A DNA stretch of 64,000 nucleotides from Selaginella moellendorffii (taxonomy: Eukaryota > Plantae > Lycopodiophyta). This document shows, piece by piece, positions 1 to 11,086 of the stretch. The stretch's first letter is position 1, and every line of letters starts with the position of its first letter. The stretch covers positions 268,792 to 332,791 of the forward strand of contig NW_003314368.1 of the NCBI RefSeq assembly GCF_000143415.4, read 5' to 3'. The notes beneath the pieces were generated by a model. The model did not search any database. It saw only the letters and a list, made by a program, of their open reading frames with translations, and was not told the origin of the DNA. The translations under genes and the position numbers were made by a program.

Positions 1-439
1 CTCAAGTGGTCGAATGAGCCTCTAAGTTGGAGAGGCTATGCTCCTTAGAGAATGGACAAGGCATGGTGAGCCTTCGGTGTCACACCATAGACAAATATTA
101 GCTGGGTGCTAAGGACGGAAGTAGTAATACATGCGGGTGTTACTTTCTAAAAGGGTTTACCGTTCGATAAGGACATCAAACTTCATCTATGGGTGGTGGA
201 GTTGTGAGACACAAATCCCTAGGCCCCAAAATGGAGCCGGAAGGGTGCCACTTGGTAGTGGCCGAAGCGAAAGCCAAACGAGCGTAACACGTTTGGACTA
301 AAAGCTCTGACTTGAAAGGTCAAGAGCAGGAGTGGAACTCCCAACAAAAGTGCTTGAGGAACAAGCACGAAGCAAGCAATAAGTGAGGCTCCAAAAAGGG
401 GGACCCAAAAGGACCAACATATGACACATGGAAGTGTCC

Positions 440-745
440 AAGATGGAGTCCGAGATGGAGTTCGAGATGGACCAAGATGGAGTCCGAGATGGAGTCTGAG
501 GTGGAGTTCGAGATGGAGTCCAAGATGGAGTCTGAGGTGGAGTCTGAGGTGGAGTCTGAGGTGGAGTCTGAGATGGAGTCTGAGGTGGAGTCCAAGGTGG
601 AGTCCAAGGTGGAGTCCAAGGTGGAGTCTGAGATGGAGTCTGAGATGGAGTCCGAGATGGACCAAGATGGAGTCCGAGGTGGACCCGAGATGGAGTCCGA
701 GATGGAGTCCGAGATGGACCTGAGATGGAGTCCGAAGTCGAGACC
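440..745. repeat. Tandem array of 12-bp unit GAG(A/G)TGGAGTC(C/T), grading into 6-bp CCGAGA/CCGAGT units at about 944-1040
   Basis: Read directly from the sequence; it explains the stop-free low-complexity ORFs in several frames. Confidence 0.9.
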
Positions 746-749
746 GAGA

Positions 750-943
750 TGTAAGCTCCTGAGTTTGGACTTCTCGGGAGGTCACCCAACCCAGTACTAT
801 TCAAACCCAAGGACGCTTAACTCCAACTATCCCAAGACCCTTAACCGATTGGAAAAGGGGGTGCACTCTTATTCATGGGCCCTTTCCCTCTATATTTGAA
901 CCCCATGGACCGTCTCTCAAGTCGTTCCCTTTGGTTGCTTACA
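750..943 (-). mobile_element. Cassandra-type TRIM solo LTR (194 bp) with 5S rRNA-derived domain
   Basis: Termini TGTAAGC...GCTTACA (7-bp inverted), perfect 5-bp TSD CGAGA (745-749 and 944-948), and an internal 5S-like segment. Confidence 0.88.
767..822 (-). promoter_or_regulatory. 5S rRNA-derived internal Pol III control region (A box-IE-C box) inside the LTR
   Basis: Minus strand AGTTAAGCGTCCTTGGGTTTGAATAGTACTGGGTTGGGTGACCTCCCGAGAAGTCC versus the plant 5S core as I recall it, AGTTAAGCGTGCTTGGGCGAGAGTAGTACTAGGATGGGTGACCTCCTGGGAAGTCC: 47/56 identical by hand. The 5S 5' part is absent. Confidence 0.85.
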
Positions 944-2035
944 CGAGACCAGGACCGAGACCGAGACCGAGGCCAAGGCCGAGACCAAGCCCAAGTCCAA
1001 GTCCGAGTCCGAGTCCGAGTTCGAGTCCGAGTTCAAGTCTGAGAGGGTGAAAGCCCAAAGCGTTCATCTCCCAAACCCTGGGGGGTTTCATGAGCTCCAA
1101 AAGTATAGTAAGGGGGAGGATTGCAGTGGAGCCAGTTTAGCCAGGAAAGGCCAGTTTGGCCCAGGAAGGCTGCACCCAGTGTTGGGTGATGAGCTGCCCA
1201 CTGGGAAGTCCAAGACTAGAGTGAACACGAACCGACAAGTAGGGTAGCTTGGTGAAGTGCTTAAGAGCCGGCTCTAGTTCCCCTGGGAGATCGACTGGCC
1301 GATGCTCCCAGTCCAAGTGTGGGTGGCACTACCTACTTGGATACCAAGTGTGGCTCAACAGAACCTCGCTCTAAGCCCATGGCTAGAGCACCCAAGGGCG
1401 GAAGGTAGGGAGAGTACCTAGGTGGCTCGCGTAAGGCCACAATATTCCGAAATGTTGCCCCAAAGTCCTAGACTGTGGAAAGGAAGAGGAGTAGACCTCT
1501 GGCACAGTGACTAAGGACATATTCACATGGTGAGGAAGTCCCAAAGGGCATTGGGACTTAGTGGTCGGGCCTGTGGGCCTTGACCTAGTGGCAGTGTTGG
1601 TGAACACGGCCATGAGTAGGATGGGTCTTGGCTGGGATTGAAAGAGGGATATTGGGGAAGGCTGTTCTCCTTGTTGGTGGGCATCCGAAGGATGCTAAGG
1701 AGTGGATCTGTGATGACCACTCATGGATGGTTGGCCCAGTCTTGGAGAGGCAGGACTGTGATGCAACTAGTATTAGACCACCAGTGCGGCAAAGGTTTGG
1801 GCATGGCCTTAGCGTAATAGGTTGCTATGTCGGTGGTACCTATGAGTGTCGGTCATGGGATCGGGCACGTGGAGCACTTGGACCAAGTGCAAAGGTGGAG
1901 TGGTGGGGATGTCATTCTCAGAGTTAGCAAGCCCAAGTCCGAAATAGGACTTATGGAGGTTGTGAGTGAGACTCCTCCAAGTGGTCGAAAGTGGGGTTAA
2001 GTGGCTAAAGTAGAATGGAAAATTAGTCACTTATA

Positions 2036-3432
2036 AAGAGCAGGAGTGGAACTCCAAAGAAGGGCTCGAAGAACGAGCTCAAAGCAAGCAATAAGTGAGT
2101 CTCTAGAAAATGGACATAAAAGGACTAATATATGACACATGAAAGTGTCGAGATGGACCTAAAATAGAGTCCGAGATGAAGTCTGAGATGGACCCAAGAT
2201 GGAGTCCAAGATGGACTTGAGATGGAGTCTGAAATGGACCTAAGATGGAGTCCAAGATGGACCTGAGATGGAGTTCGAAATGGACCCGAGATGGAGTTTG
2301 AGATGGAGTCTGAAATGGATTTGAGATAGAATCCAAGATGGACCCAAGATGGAGTTCAAGATGGACCCGAGATGAACCTGAGATGGAGTCCTAGACTAAG
2401 TCCAAGATGGAACCGAGACTGAAACTGAGAGTAAGACCAAGTCCTGTCTCCTTAGGGGGGGTTGTAGGGGGTTCCAAACCAAAAGTATAGTAGGGAGAGT
2501 GTAAGGGTTGGACCCCAGTGGAGCCAGTTTGGCTAGGAAAGGCCAATGTGACCTAGGAAGGCCATGCCTACGTGTTGGGTGAGGATATATCCACTAAGGA
2601 GTCTAAAGCTAGAGTGAATACAAACAGACAAACGAGGTAGCTTGGTGAAGTGTTCAAGAATTGGCTTTAGCTCCCCCGGGAAATTGAATGGTCGATGCTC
2701 CCAATCCAAGCATGGGTGGCACTACCTATTTGGATACCTGGCGTGGTTCAAAGAAAATTTGCTCTAGCCCATGGCTAGAGCACCCAAAGGCAAAAGGTGG
2801 GGAGAGTACCCATGAGGCTTGTGTAGGGCTATGGTGTTTTGAAATGTTATCCCAAAGCCCCAGACTGTGAAAAGGAAGAGGAACAACCCTCTAATATAGT
2901 GATAAAGGATATAGTAACATAGTGAGGAAATCCCAGAGGATAGTGGGACTTAATGGTCAGGCTTATAAGCCTTGATCCAGTGGCAGTATTGGTGAACTTG
3001 GCTATGGACAGAAAGGGACTTAGTGGGGACCAAAACAAGGATGTTGAGGAAGGCTATTCCCCATATCTATAGGCATCCTAAAGATGCTAAAGAGTGGATT
3101 TGGGATGACCATTTATGGATAGATGGCCCAGTCTTTGAGAGATAGGACTATGATGTAGGTGGTGTTCGATCACCGGTGTGACAAAGGTGAATAGGCATGG
3201 CCTTAGCGTAACGGGCTGGTATGTCAATAGTACATTTAGGTGTTAGTCACGAAATCAAACACATAGAGCACTTAGACCAAGTGTAATGGTTGAGTGGCAT
3301 AGATGCCATCCTTGGGGCTAGTAAATCCCCAAGTCTGGAATAAAACTTATGGAAGTTGTGAATGAGATTGCTTCAATTGGTTAAAGGTGTGGTTAAGTGA
3401 CTAAAGTAAAATGGAAAATTTAGTCGCTTACA
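2036..3432. mobile_element. LTR-like repeat unit (copy B, more decayed), with its own 12-bp array at about 2145-2430
   Basis: Colinear with copy A, ends ...GTCGCTTACA at 3432, and lacks the Cassandra insertion. Confidence 0.6.
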
Positions 3433-3619
3433 TTAAAGCAAAGTTTCAAATAAAGGAGTTTGTGGTAAGTTCAAATGATGCAAGATCTTGGAATAGAAAG
3501 GTTTTTTTTTTAACAACAAATGAGAAGGAGCCATGTGCATCCTCGGCAATAGTAAACTCTTCAGTGGTAGGCTAAAAAAAAAATGTAGGTAGAAAAGGAC
3601 ATGTGAGTAGTGGATTTAC

Positions 3620-4605
3620 TCATATGGAGAAATACATTTGATTTGAATACCATGATGAGCATAAATAGTTGTGTTAGAATTTAAAAGTTACAAACACTTT
3701 AAAAGATGCAAAAATGCAGTACAAGTTTATACATTTATGGTGGGCTGGAAGTAATGCTTATGAGAAAACAATTCTAGGATATAGTGGCTTACTCATTTTC
3801 CACATTGATGGACTCTAATTATTTCTCATGTGAGCAAGTATTAGTATTGATCTTTTTTATTAATTCTCTTTCTATTGTAGATGAGTTTTGAAATAGTTGC
3901 TACCTAAATTCTAACAATAAATCTTATTGAAAGTTACCATATGATGTTGCTAGCAAAAACAAATGACTCTAAACATGTACATATATCTGAAGCTTGTTGG
4001 AATGACTTGGTCATTTTTATCCTAACAAGCCTTTATACACTTATATGAAAGGCTAAGTTATAGGAAATAGACCAAATCTTAAGGATTTGGTGTATTTGCT
4101 ATAACATCAATACAATTTCCTAGTCAAAAGCCAAAGGTGATGGGATCAGCTTTAAATGATTTTGAAATTAAATCTGCAACAAAACCAACTAAGAACCTTA
4201 AAATTATCAGAAGGAAGTGACAAACAAGTGAGATGATGTAGTTGACAGATTCACACCATTCTGAGTATGAGTATATTACTAGAGAATGAGGAGGACTAGT
4301 GCTTCCAAGCAACCAAGAGTTTAAGTGTTTTTAAGTTAAAGAACAAAACATTCATAAGATTGAGTGGGTTATACATCAACCTGGAATAAGATTTATAGTC
4401 AAGTGTCTTGCTTAGATTGGAGGAAAATTATGTGGTAAACATATTACCACAGGAACTCTATACACTCCAGCACCTTGTTTTTGGGGACAATGGCAATATG
4501 GTGACCCTCCACAACACTGTGATCAGTTCATGTGGTTCTGTCCAACAAAAGTTTTGCACACATGGTCTGTTGCAACATAAATTATCCAAAAACCAGAATA
4601 TATAT
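3620..4605. repeat. About 1 kb direct repeat, copy 1 (unclassified decayed TE)
   Basis: Colinear with 5617-6602 from CATATGGAGAAATACATTTG to AAAACCAGAATATATAT; paralogous short ORFs 4124-4312 and 6121-6309. Confidence 0.85.
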
Positions 4606-5616
4606 ATCTACAATATGGAAAACTATTTCATAGTGGCAGATATAGATGATTGTATAAAAATTGTGTGCACACAGTCCTTTCTCATTGATCATGCCAAAAC
4701 TTGGTGGTGCCAAGTGTGTGCTAAAAAAGGGCAGACTAGAAGCTGAACCAAGATATAGTCTCGTATCTATAAGGAATACTTAGCGGATGATCTTGGTCTG
4801 AGACTTTGCACAAAGCTGCGGTAGTTAAAGTAGCAAGGGGACCTTATGCATTATGTTAATGTGTTTGCTCAAAAGTGCACTATGATTGCAAATATAAGTG
4901 ACAAAAATGCTTGAAGTTATTTCTTAGAAGGTTTAAGTTCACTTTCTCATATGAGATTTTGAAGTTTATGCTAAAGATATACCTAGAGTGTAAGGAGGCA
5001 GCACAACAAGTTGCCTTTAGTCACTCGGTCATGGAACAATATCAACAATTGTATGCTGGTATCTCGGAAAGGAATAAGAATTCTGGGAATAAACAAGGTG
5101 ATTAGAAATAGAGGGTGGAAGGAAGGTTCCGCCCTGGAGGCTCACAAGCAACTGTTAACAAAGGTGGTGGTGGGGGGTTCCAAATGTATAGTAGGGATAG
5201 TGGTTGAAATACATGTCCAACCACCTGAAACATTAGTTTGGCTTCTGCTGGGGTATGTCGCTCCTTGTTATATGTTTAGGTTGGGTCTAAGCCCAAAATC
5301 TATGCTACTATAGTCAGTGGGGTACCCTCCTCTTTGCATTAGGCCACCAATATACCAAATTTATGCCAAACACCATTTGACACCATTTTGCGTGCAGATG
5401 CTAGATATGAGGGGTTAGTGCTCATGGGATTGTATTAGACCCTTGTTTCATAGCATAACAAGCTTGGAGTTCAGCTCTAAATTCAAGTGTGCTACAGTGA
5501 TGAAGCCTAAGCAAATTGGTGAGCTATTAAAACCATTTCCAATGGTCGTCTAGATAAGGTTTTAGTTGGCTGAGAGAGGACTTGCCTTTTCCATTAGGAG
5601 CAGAGTTTACATAAAC

Positions 5617-6602
5617 ACATGGAGAAATGCATTTGAGTTGAATACCATGATGAGCATAAGTAATTGTGTCAGAGTTTAAGAGCTATAAACACTTTAAAAG
5701 ATGCAAAAAAGCAATACAAGTTCATACGTTTATGGTGGGCTGGAGGTAATGCTTATGAGAAAGCAATTCTAGGACATAGTGGTTTACTCATTTTCCACAT
5801 TGAGGGACATTAATTATTTCTCATGTGTGCAAGTATTAGCATTGATCTTTTTTATTAATTCTCTTTCTATTGTAGATGAGTTTTGAAATAGTTGCTGCCT
5901 AAATTCTAACAATAAATCTTATCAAAAGTTACCATGTGATGTTGCTAGCAAAAACAAGTGGCTTTAAACATGTACATATATTTAAAGCTTGTTGAAATGA
6001 CATGGTTATTTTTATCCTACAACAAATCTTTATGCACTTATATGAAAGGCTATATTATAGGAAATAGACTGAATCTTAAGTATTTAGTGTATTTGCTATA
6101 ACATCAATACAACTTCCTAGTCAAAAGCCTATAGAGGTGATGCGATCAGCTTTAAATGATTTTGAAATTCGATCTACAACAAAACTAATTGGGAACTTCA
6201 AAACTATTAGAAGGAAGTGATGAACAAGTGAGCTAATATAGCTAACAGATTCACACCATTCTGAGTATGAGCATATTACTAGAGAATGAGGACTATTACT
6301 TCCGAACAACCAAGAGTTTAGGTGTTTTTAAGTTAAAGAACAAAAGATTCATAAGATTGAGTGGGCTATATATCAACCTAGAACAAGATCTTTAGTCAAG
6401 TGTCTTGCTTGGATTGGAGGAAAATTATATGGTAAACATATTACCACAGGAAGTCTACACACTCCAACACCTTTTTTTTTGGGACAACGACAATATAGTG
6501 ATCCTCCATAACACTATGACCAATTTATATGGTTCTGTCCAATAGAAATTTTGCACACATGGTCTGTTGTAGCATAAATTATCCAAAAACCAGAATATAT
6601 AT
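5617..6602. repeat. About 1 kb direct repeat, copy 2
   Basis: Colinear with 3620-4605. Confidence 0.85.
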
Positions 6603-7748
6603 CATGTACTTGGCTAATTGAAGAAAAGGTGAACTTGACGAATTTAGAGTTTCAGGCTTTGGTTGAAGTAGGTTTTAAATTTGAAAAGAACACTTTCAAT
6701 ATCAACATTATTCTCAAGAAGTTTCAAAAATAAAAAAACAACAAACATGTGAAGATTACAAATGCTTGGTCAAAAGAAGGAAAGGCAACATACTCAAAAA
6801 CATTATAGTTGAAGGCAGAAGTTAAAAATGTCAATATCAAGTAGCAATATTGTCATTATAAATATATAGTTTTTATTTATGGAATTGATACTATAAACAG
6901 AAAGTTTGCAACATCACAGTTAACCAATTCCCAAGTTACACTTGCACATACTTCTTTCAATATCAAAATTCTGATAAGTCTTTCATCCCTTGCAAGTATT
7001 ATATTTTATATATTGTATATTTCTTGGGATGGATCTAAATGTTAAACTTTGGATTCATCACCTTGCAATGTCTAAATATGGGGTGTTTATGACATTGAAA
7101 AAGAATTAGATATTGGTATTGTATTAGAATTTAATATAAGATAAATAAGTTTTATTTATAAATTACATCTAAAATAACATATGGTATTTTATGTAATAAT
7201 AATAAATTTAATATAAATATATGTTATAAATTAGAGGATTCTTACTTAAATAATTAGTATAAATACCAATTATTAAATATTAAAAATAATATTTTCTTTT
7301 ATAAACTAGTTGATAAAGGCAAAACCTCTATTAAATAGCAACTATTGGTAATTTACCAAAATCTAAATATTATTAAATTTATTAAGTTATTTAATAAAAA
7401 TATTACTATTAAAATCTTAACAGAATATTTTTTAGTGTGCTAGAATATTTTTAAAATATTCTTGCTCCCTTGTATTGGCAAATCCAGAGTTTCAAGATCT
7501 TTCTCATCACCATTTTGCACTATGTTATTTGCAAGCTCGGCCTTGTTCTCCTAGCTAGCCCCTTATTTTTGTAAACTCCACCTCTTTTTAATCCTTTCTT
7601 GCCTCACAGAAAGAAAAGGTGGAAGACAACAAAGCACAAATCATATCCACGACTACTCCTGTTGGTAGTCAGTCACCGTTGTAAAGGGCCCCCACTCTAC
7701 ATAGTAGCCTTGGACTGCATAACTCGAGCACAGCTCCTCCACTCCAAA

Positions 7749-8381
7749 ATGGCCTCGTCTCTACAGGTTCTTCTCATCTTCTTTGCTCTTACAGTCACTC
7801 TCTCCAATTCAGCTGATCCAGATCCACTCCAAGACTACTGCCTTCCTACTCAAGCGCAGCAGCACCAGTGCAAGAGCTCGCCTTCACCCAGTGACTTCGT
7901 CTCCAGAGTCCTGGGAAACGCCCCCAATTCCCAGCCACCGCAGACCTCGAACGCCTCTCGACTGACCTCGGCAAACTTCCCAGCTCTCAACACCATGGGC
8001 CTCTCCATCACCAGAGCTTACCTGGGAGTCGGAGGCTCGGCCCCGCTGCACTACCACCCCCGAGCATCCGAGCTCATCTACATTGCGGAAGGAGAGGTGG
8101 AGGCCGGGTTTGTGGACTCGAGCAACGTCCTGTTCGCGCAGACCCTCCAGCCGGGAGACGTGATGATCCTTCCCAAAGGCATGCTCCACTACCTATACAA
8201 TCCTGGCAGCAGCAGAGCCACATTGCTGGCCTTGTTCGATAGCCAAGGCCCCGGAATCGTCCTTGCTGGCCCCGGTGTGTTTGGCTCTGGGATTCGAGAC
8301 GAAGTTATCGCGTCGTCCCTCGGGGGACTCGACCACGCCACGATTGAAGCGGTGAAAGCTAAGTTTAAGCCTCGGCCGTGA
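7749..8381 (+). CDS. Germin-like protein (cupin_1), secreted, intronless, 210 aa
   Basis: ATG at 7749 (MASSLQVLLIFF signal peptide), ADPDPLQDYC..CK N-terminus, germin box PLHYHPRASELIYIAEG and PKGMLHY motif 2, so the His/His/Glu/His Mn ligands are intact. Confidence 0.93.
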   Translation: MASSLQVLLIFFALTVTLSNSADPDPLQDYCLPTQAQQHQCKSSPSPSDFVSRVLGNAPNSQPPQTSNASRLTSANFPALNTMGLSITRAYLGVGGSAPLHYHPRASELIYIAEGEVEAGFVDSSNVLFAQTLQPGDVMILPKGMLHYLYNPGSSRATLLALFDSQGPGIVLAGPGVFGSGIRDEVIASSLGGLDHATIEAVKAKFKPRP

Positions 8382-9929
8382 TAGAGTCTGTTTGTGATTG
8401 ATTCGAATAAATTACAAACCTGTCGTTTTTCATATTAAATCAGATAAAATTATCTGTTAACAAAAGAAAGGGCTGTTAGATACATTTTATTATGCTAGCC
8501 AACTGGTGTTTTAATAGCGTCTTAACGTATCTAATCGTGTTCCAGGATGAATTTCAAGCAAAAGAAATTTTGTGACAATTCTTTTTCCCTTGCCTCTGCA
8601 AACATTCTCGGATTCTAATGTGGAGCCAGCAATCCCGAGAACGATCTCGCCGCGTTTCTCAAAAAAATGGGGACGCTCAAACTCGTAAGCTCGTCGGAAC
8701 GAATATAGCGGTGGAATCCCGTGATCATACTCAATTGTCGACAAACGTACCTACAGTCCAGGATCTAGCCGAGCTCTCGGATTTAATTGGCGCTATACTA
8801 TGGAGCAAATAGTCCACACGAACGCGAGCCGGGCTATCAGACGAGCCCCAGCGCGATTCGATGGAACCGTAGCAGCAGGAGTCCGACGAAGTCGTCCATG
8901 AGGAAAAGAGGCAATAAGCACTGATGCTCTGGACAAAAGTGTACAAGTTCTCCTGAATGTTCGTGAGGTCATTCAGAAATCTGAGTTAATGTACTTTCCT
9001 TTCTTCTCTTTCTTTTCTTGTTTATGATCTCCTTTTTGGTCACTTTGTTGAAACTGATCGTTCAAGATCACGTCCAGAATGAAAACATGTTTTCTTGTTT
9101 TTCCAGAGCAGTAAAAAGGACGAAAGCTCTCAGGCGCCGGCGTCTCCCACTCCGGAACGCATGTAAGCTAAGCAGTCACAATGCCGTGCCAGATATGATC
9201 TCTCACGCTCTTTTGTTTTTGTTTTCGTGCCAGTCCCTTCCACTTCCGAGGAGAAAGAGAAGGAAAGAGACAGAGACGTGCCAAGCACGTTAGCAAACAC
9301 GCTCATGAAGATGCACAACTTGCACAACTCACTAGAACACTAAATAAACGTAAGACATTTGTTTTCCACGAAAAACATCTGTTCCAGAAGGTCCAAGTTG
9401 GAGCTCAAAATTTTTAATCGATCACTGCGAGGAGCTTGGACTACGATCACACACCAAGAGCACAAGCAGTTGCCTTTTACTCGCCAAGCAATGGCTTAAA
9501 CAACTCTCGCTCTCTTTTCCGTTAACTTGTGGATAGCGCGATACCCTCGTGCTTCAGTAAGATGAGGAGCTTCTCTGCGAGAAGCTCCTCCTTCTGCAGC
9601 CGGCCCTCCTTAACATTCAAGTCGTGCTTCTCCTCGCACAGCCATTCGCACAGCTTCCCATCGAGACCACCCAGCGCGGCTAGACACAAACAAGTCAGTG
9701 CTCACGTCTAACGCTGCTTGCGCAGCTCCGAACCATTTGTTTGCTAGTCGCGCACTAATTTTACTCTCCTAATCTGTTCCTCAACTCAGGAATAGATTCC
9801 TAGAGATTCCCGCGGTGGGAGAATGATTTCTTAGGGCGAGCCCAGATGCCCTTGTTGGCTATATCCTGAGTTCCAGCTGGGAGAAGATTGATCCAGCCTA
9901 CAACTACTAATGCTTAACAACTGAACTAT

Positions 9930-10524
9930 GAACTGAGCTTTCACCGCTTCAAGCGAGGTGTGGTCCAGTCCGCCAAGGGAGGCCGCGATATCTTCGTCTC
10001 GAATTCCAGAGCCAAAGACACCGGGGCCAGGGGCGAGGATACCGGAACGCTGGCTATAGGCCAGCAAGGTGGCTCTGCTGCTGCCAGGATTGTATTTGTA
10101 GTGGAGGGAGCATGCCTTTGGGAATGATCATCACGTCCCCCGGCTGGAGGGTCTGGATGTACAGGACGTTGCTCGTGTTAACAAACCCGACCTCCACGAC
10201 TCCTTCCACGATGAAGACGAGCTCAGATGCTCGGAGGTGGTAATGCAGCGGGACCGTGCCTCCGACTCCCAGTTTGGCTCTGGCGATGGTGAGGTCCATG
10301 GTGTTAAGAGGAAGTTCGCTGAGGAAAGTAGAGTGGCATTCCAGGTCTGCTGGGTATTCGTGGTGTTTCCCAAGACTTTGGAGACGAAGTCACTGGGTGA
10401 TGGCGAGCTCTTGCACTGGTGCTGCTGCTCTTGAGTAGGAAGGCAGTAGTCTTGGAGTGAATCTGGATCAGATGAACCGGCAAAGAAAGAAAAGAAGACG
10501 AGAAGAACCTGGACTGGAGGCCAT
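9930..10524 (-). pseudogene. Germin-like pseudogene
   Basis: Germin segments (SDPDSLQDYCLPTQEQQHQCK / PLHYHLRASE...PKGML / GPGVFGSGIRDEDIAASLGGLDH) lie in three different frames. One frameshift falls at the motif-2 His. Confidence 0.88.
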
Positions 10525-11086
10525 CTGGAGCAGAGGAACTCGAGGGATGATGGTCGAGTTTTGAAGTCCAAGGTTAAGTTGAGGTTCACTTTTTCTTGCT
10601 GCGAGGGACGAAAAAGAAGAAAAATGGGAAGAATAAGCAAAGAGGCCAATCTCGTCAGCATGAGCGACTTTAGAATGGTCGAGGCCTCTGGAAGAGGATG
10701 ACGAGAAGCATTGTACTTTGGCACCAAAATAAAATGATTCAATCACTACAAACTTAGTTCGTCCATGAGAGAACATCAATCGTACCGTTACTTCTTCGTT
10801 CGTGTTGTTTCGTTCCGCACTTAGCACTTAGAACGGCACGAATCCAAATCCCCAGAGTGGCTTGACGAACAAACTCTGACGAACCTAGGCCTTGACGGGC
10901 CTTTTTGTGAGCCAGCACAAACTTGCGGATGGAGAGCGGAGTATCATATCGTCTCGCGGGACATCGGAGAGCAGCGGCTCAAGACTCTAGCAAATCACAA
11001 TGCTGCTCAGAGTGCCGTGGTAACCTGGTGATCATTTTCGACTTTAAGTTCCTTCTTTTTCCTCTTCTCTAGATTCTTCGGTATAG

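Larger units (their letters stand above)
1..2035. mobile_element. LTR-like repeat unit (copy A, starts before the window)
   Basis: About 320-2035 is colinear with 2036-3432 (shared AAGAGCAGGAGTGGAACTCC start and GGAAAATT(T)AGTCRCTTAYA end). It ends in a decayed ...CTTACA LTR-type terminus and has no credible coding content. Confidence 0.6.

Noticed and set aside
440-745. Possible CRISPR-like array
   Set aside because: Units are contiguous with no unique spacers, and the context is eukaryotic with no cas genes.
767-822. Bona fide 5S rRNA gene
   Set aside because: Only the internal control region is present, it is embedded in an LTR with a TSD, and the 5' portion and tandem array context are missing.
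219-899. Overlapping ORFs with LHLGLHLR / MESE / TPSR repeats
   Set aside because: Artefacts of a stop-free 12-bp tandem array read in several frames.
7599-7748. N-terminal extensions of the germin ORFs given by the ORF track (also 39344-39409)
   Set aside because: They start at non-ATG codons; the true ATG plus signal peptide is at 7749 and 39410.
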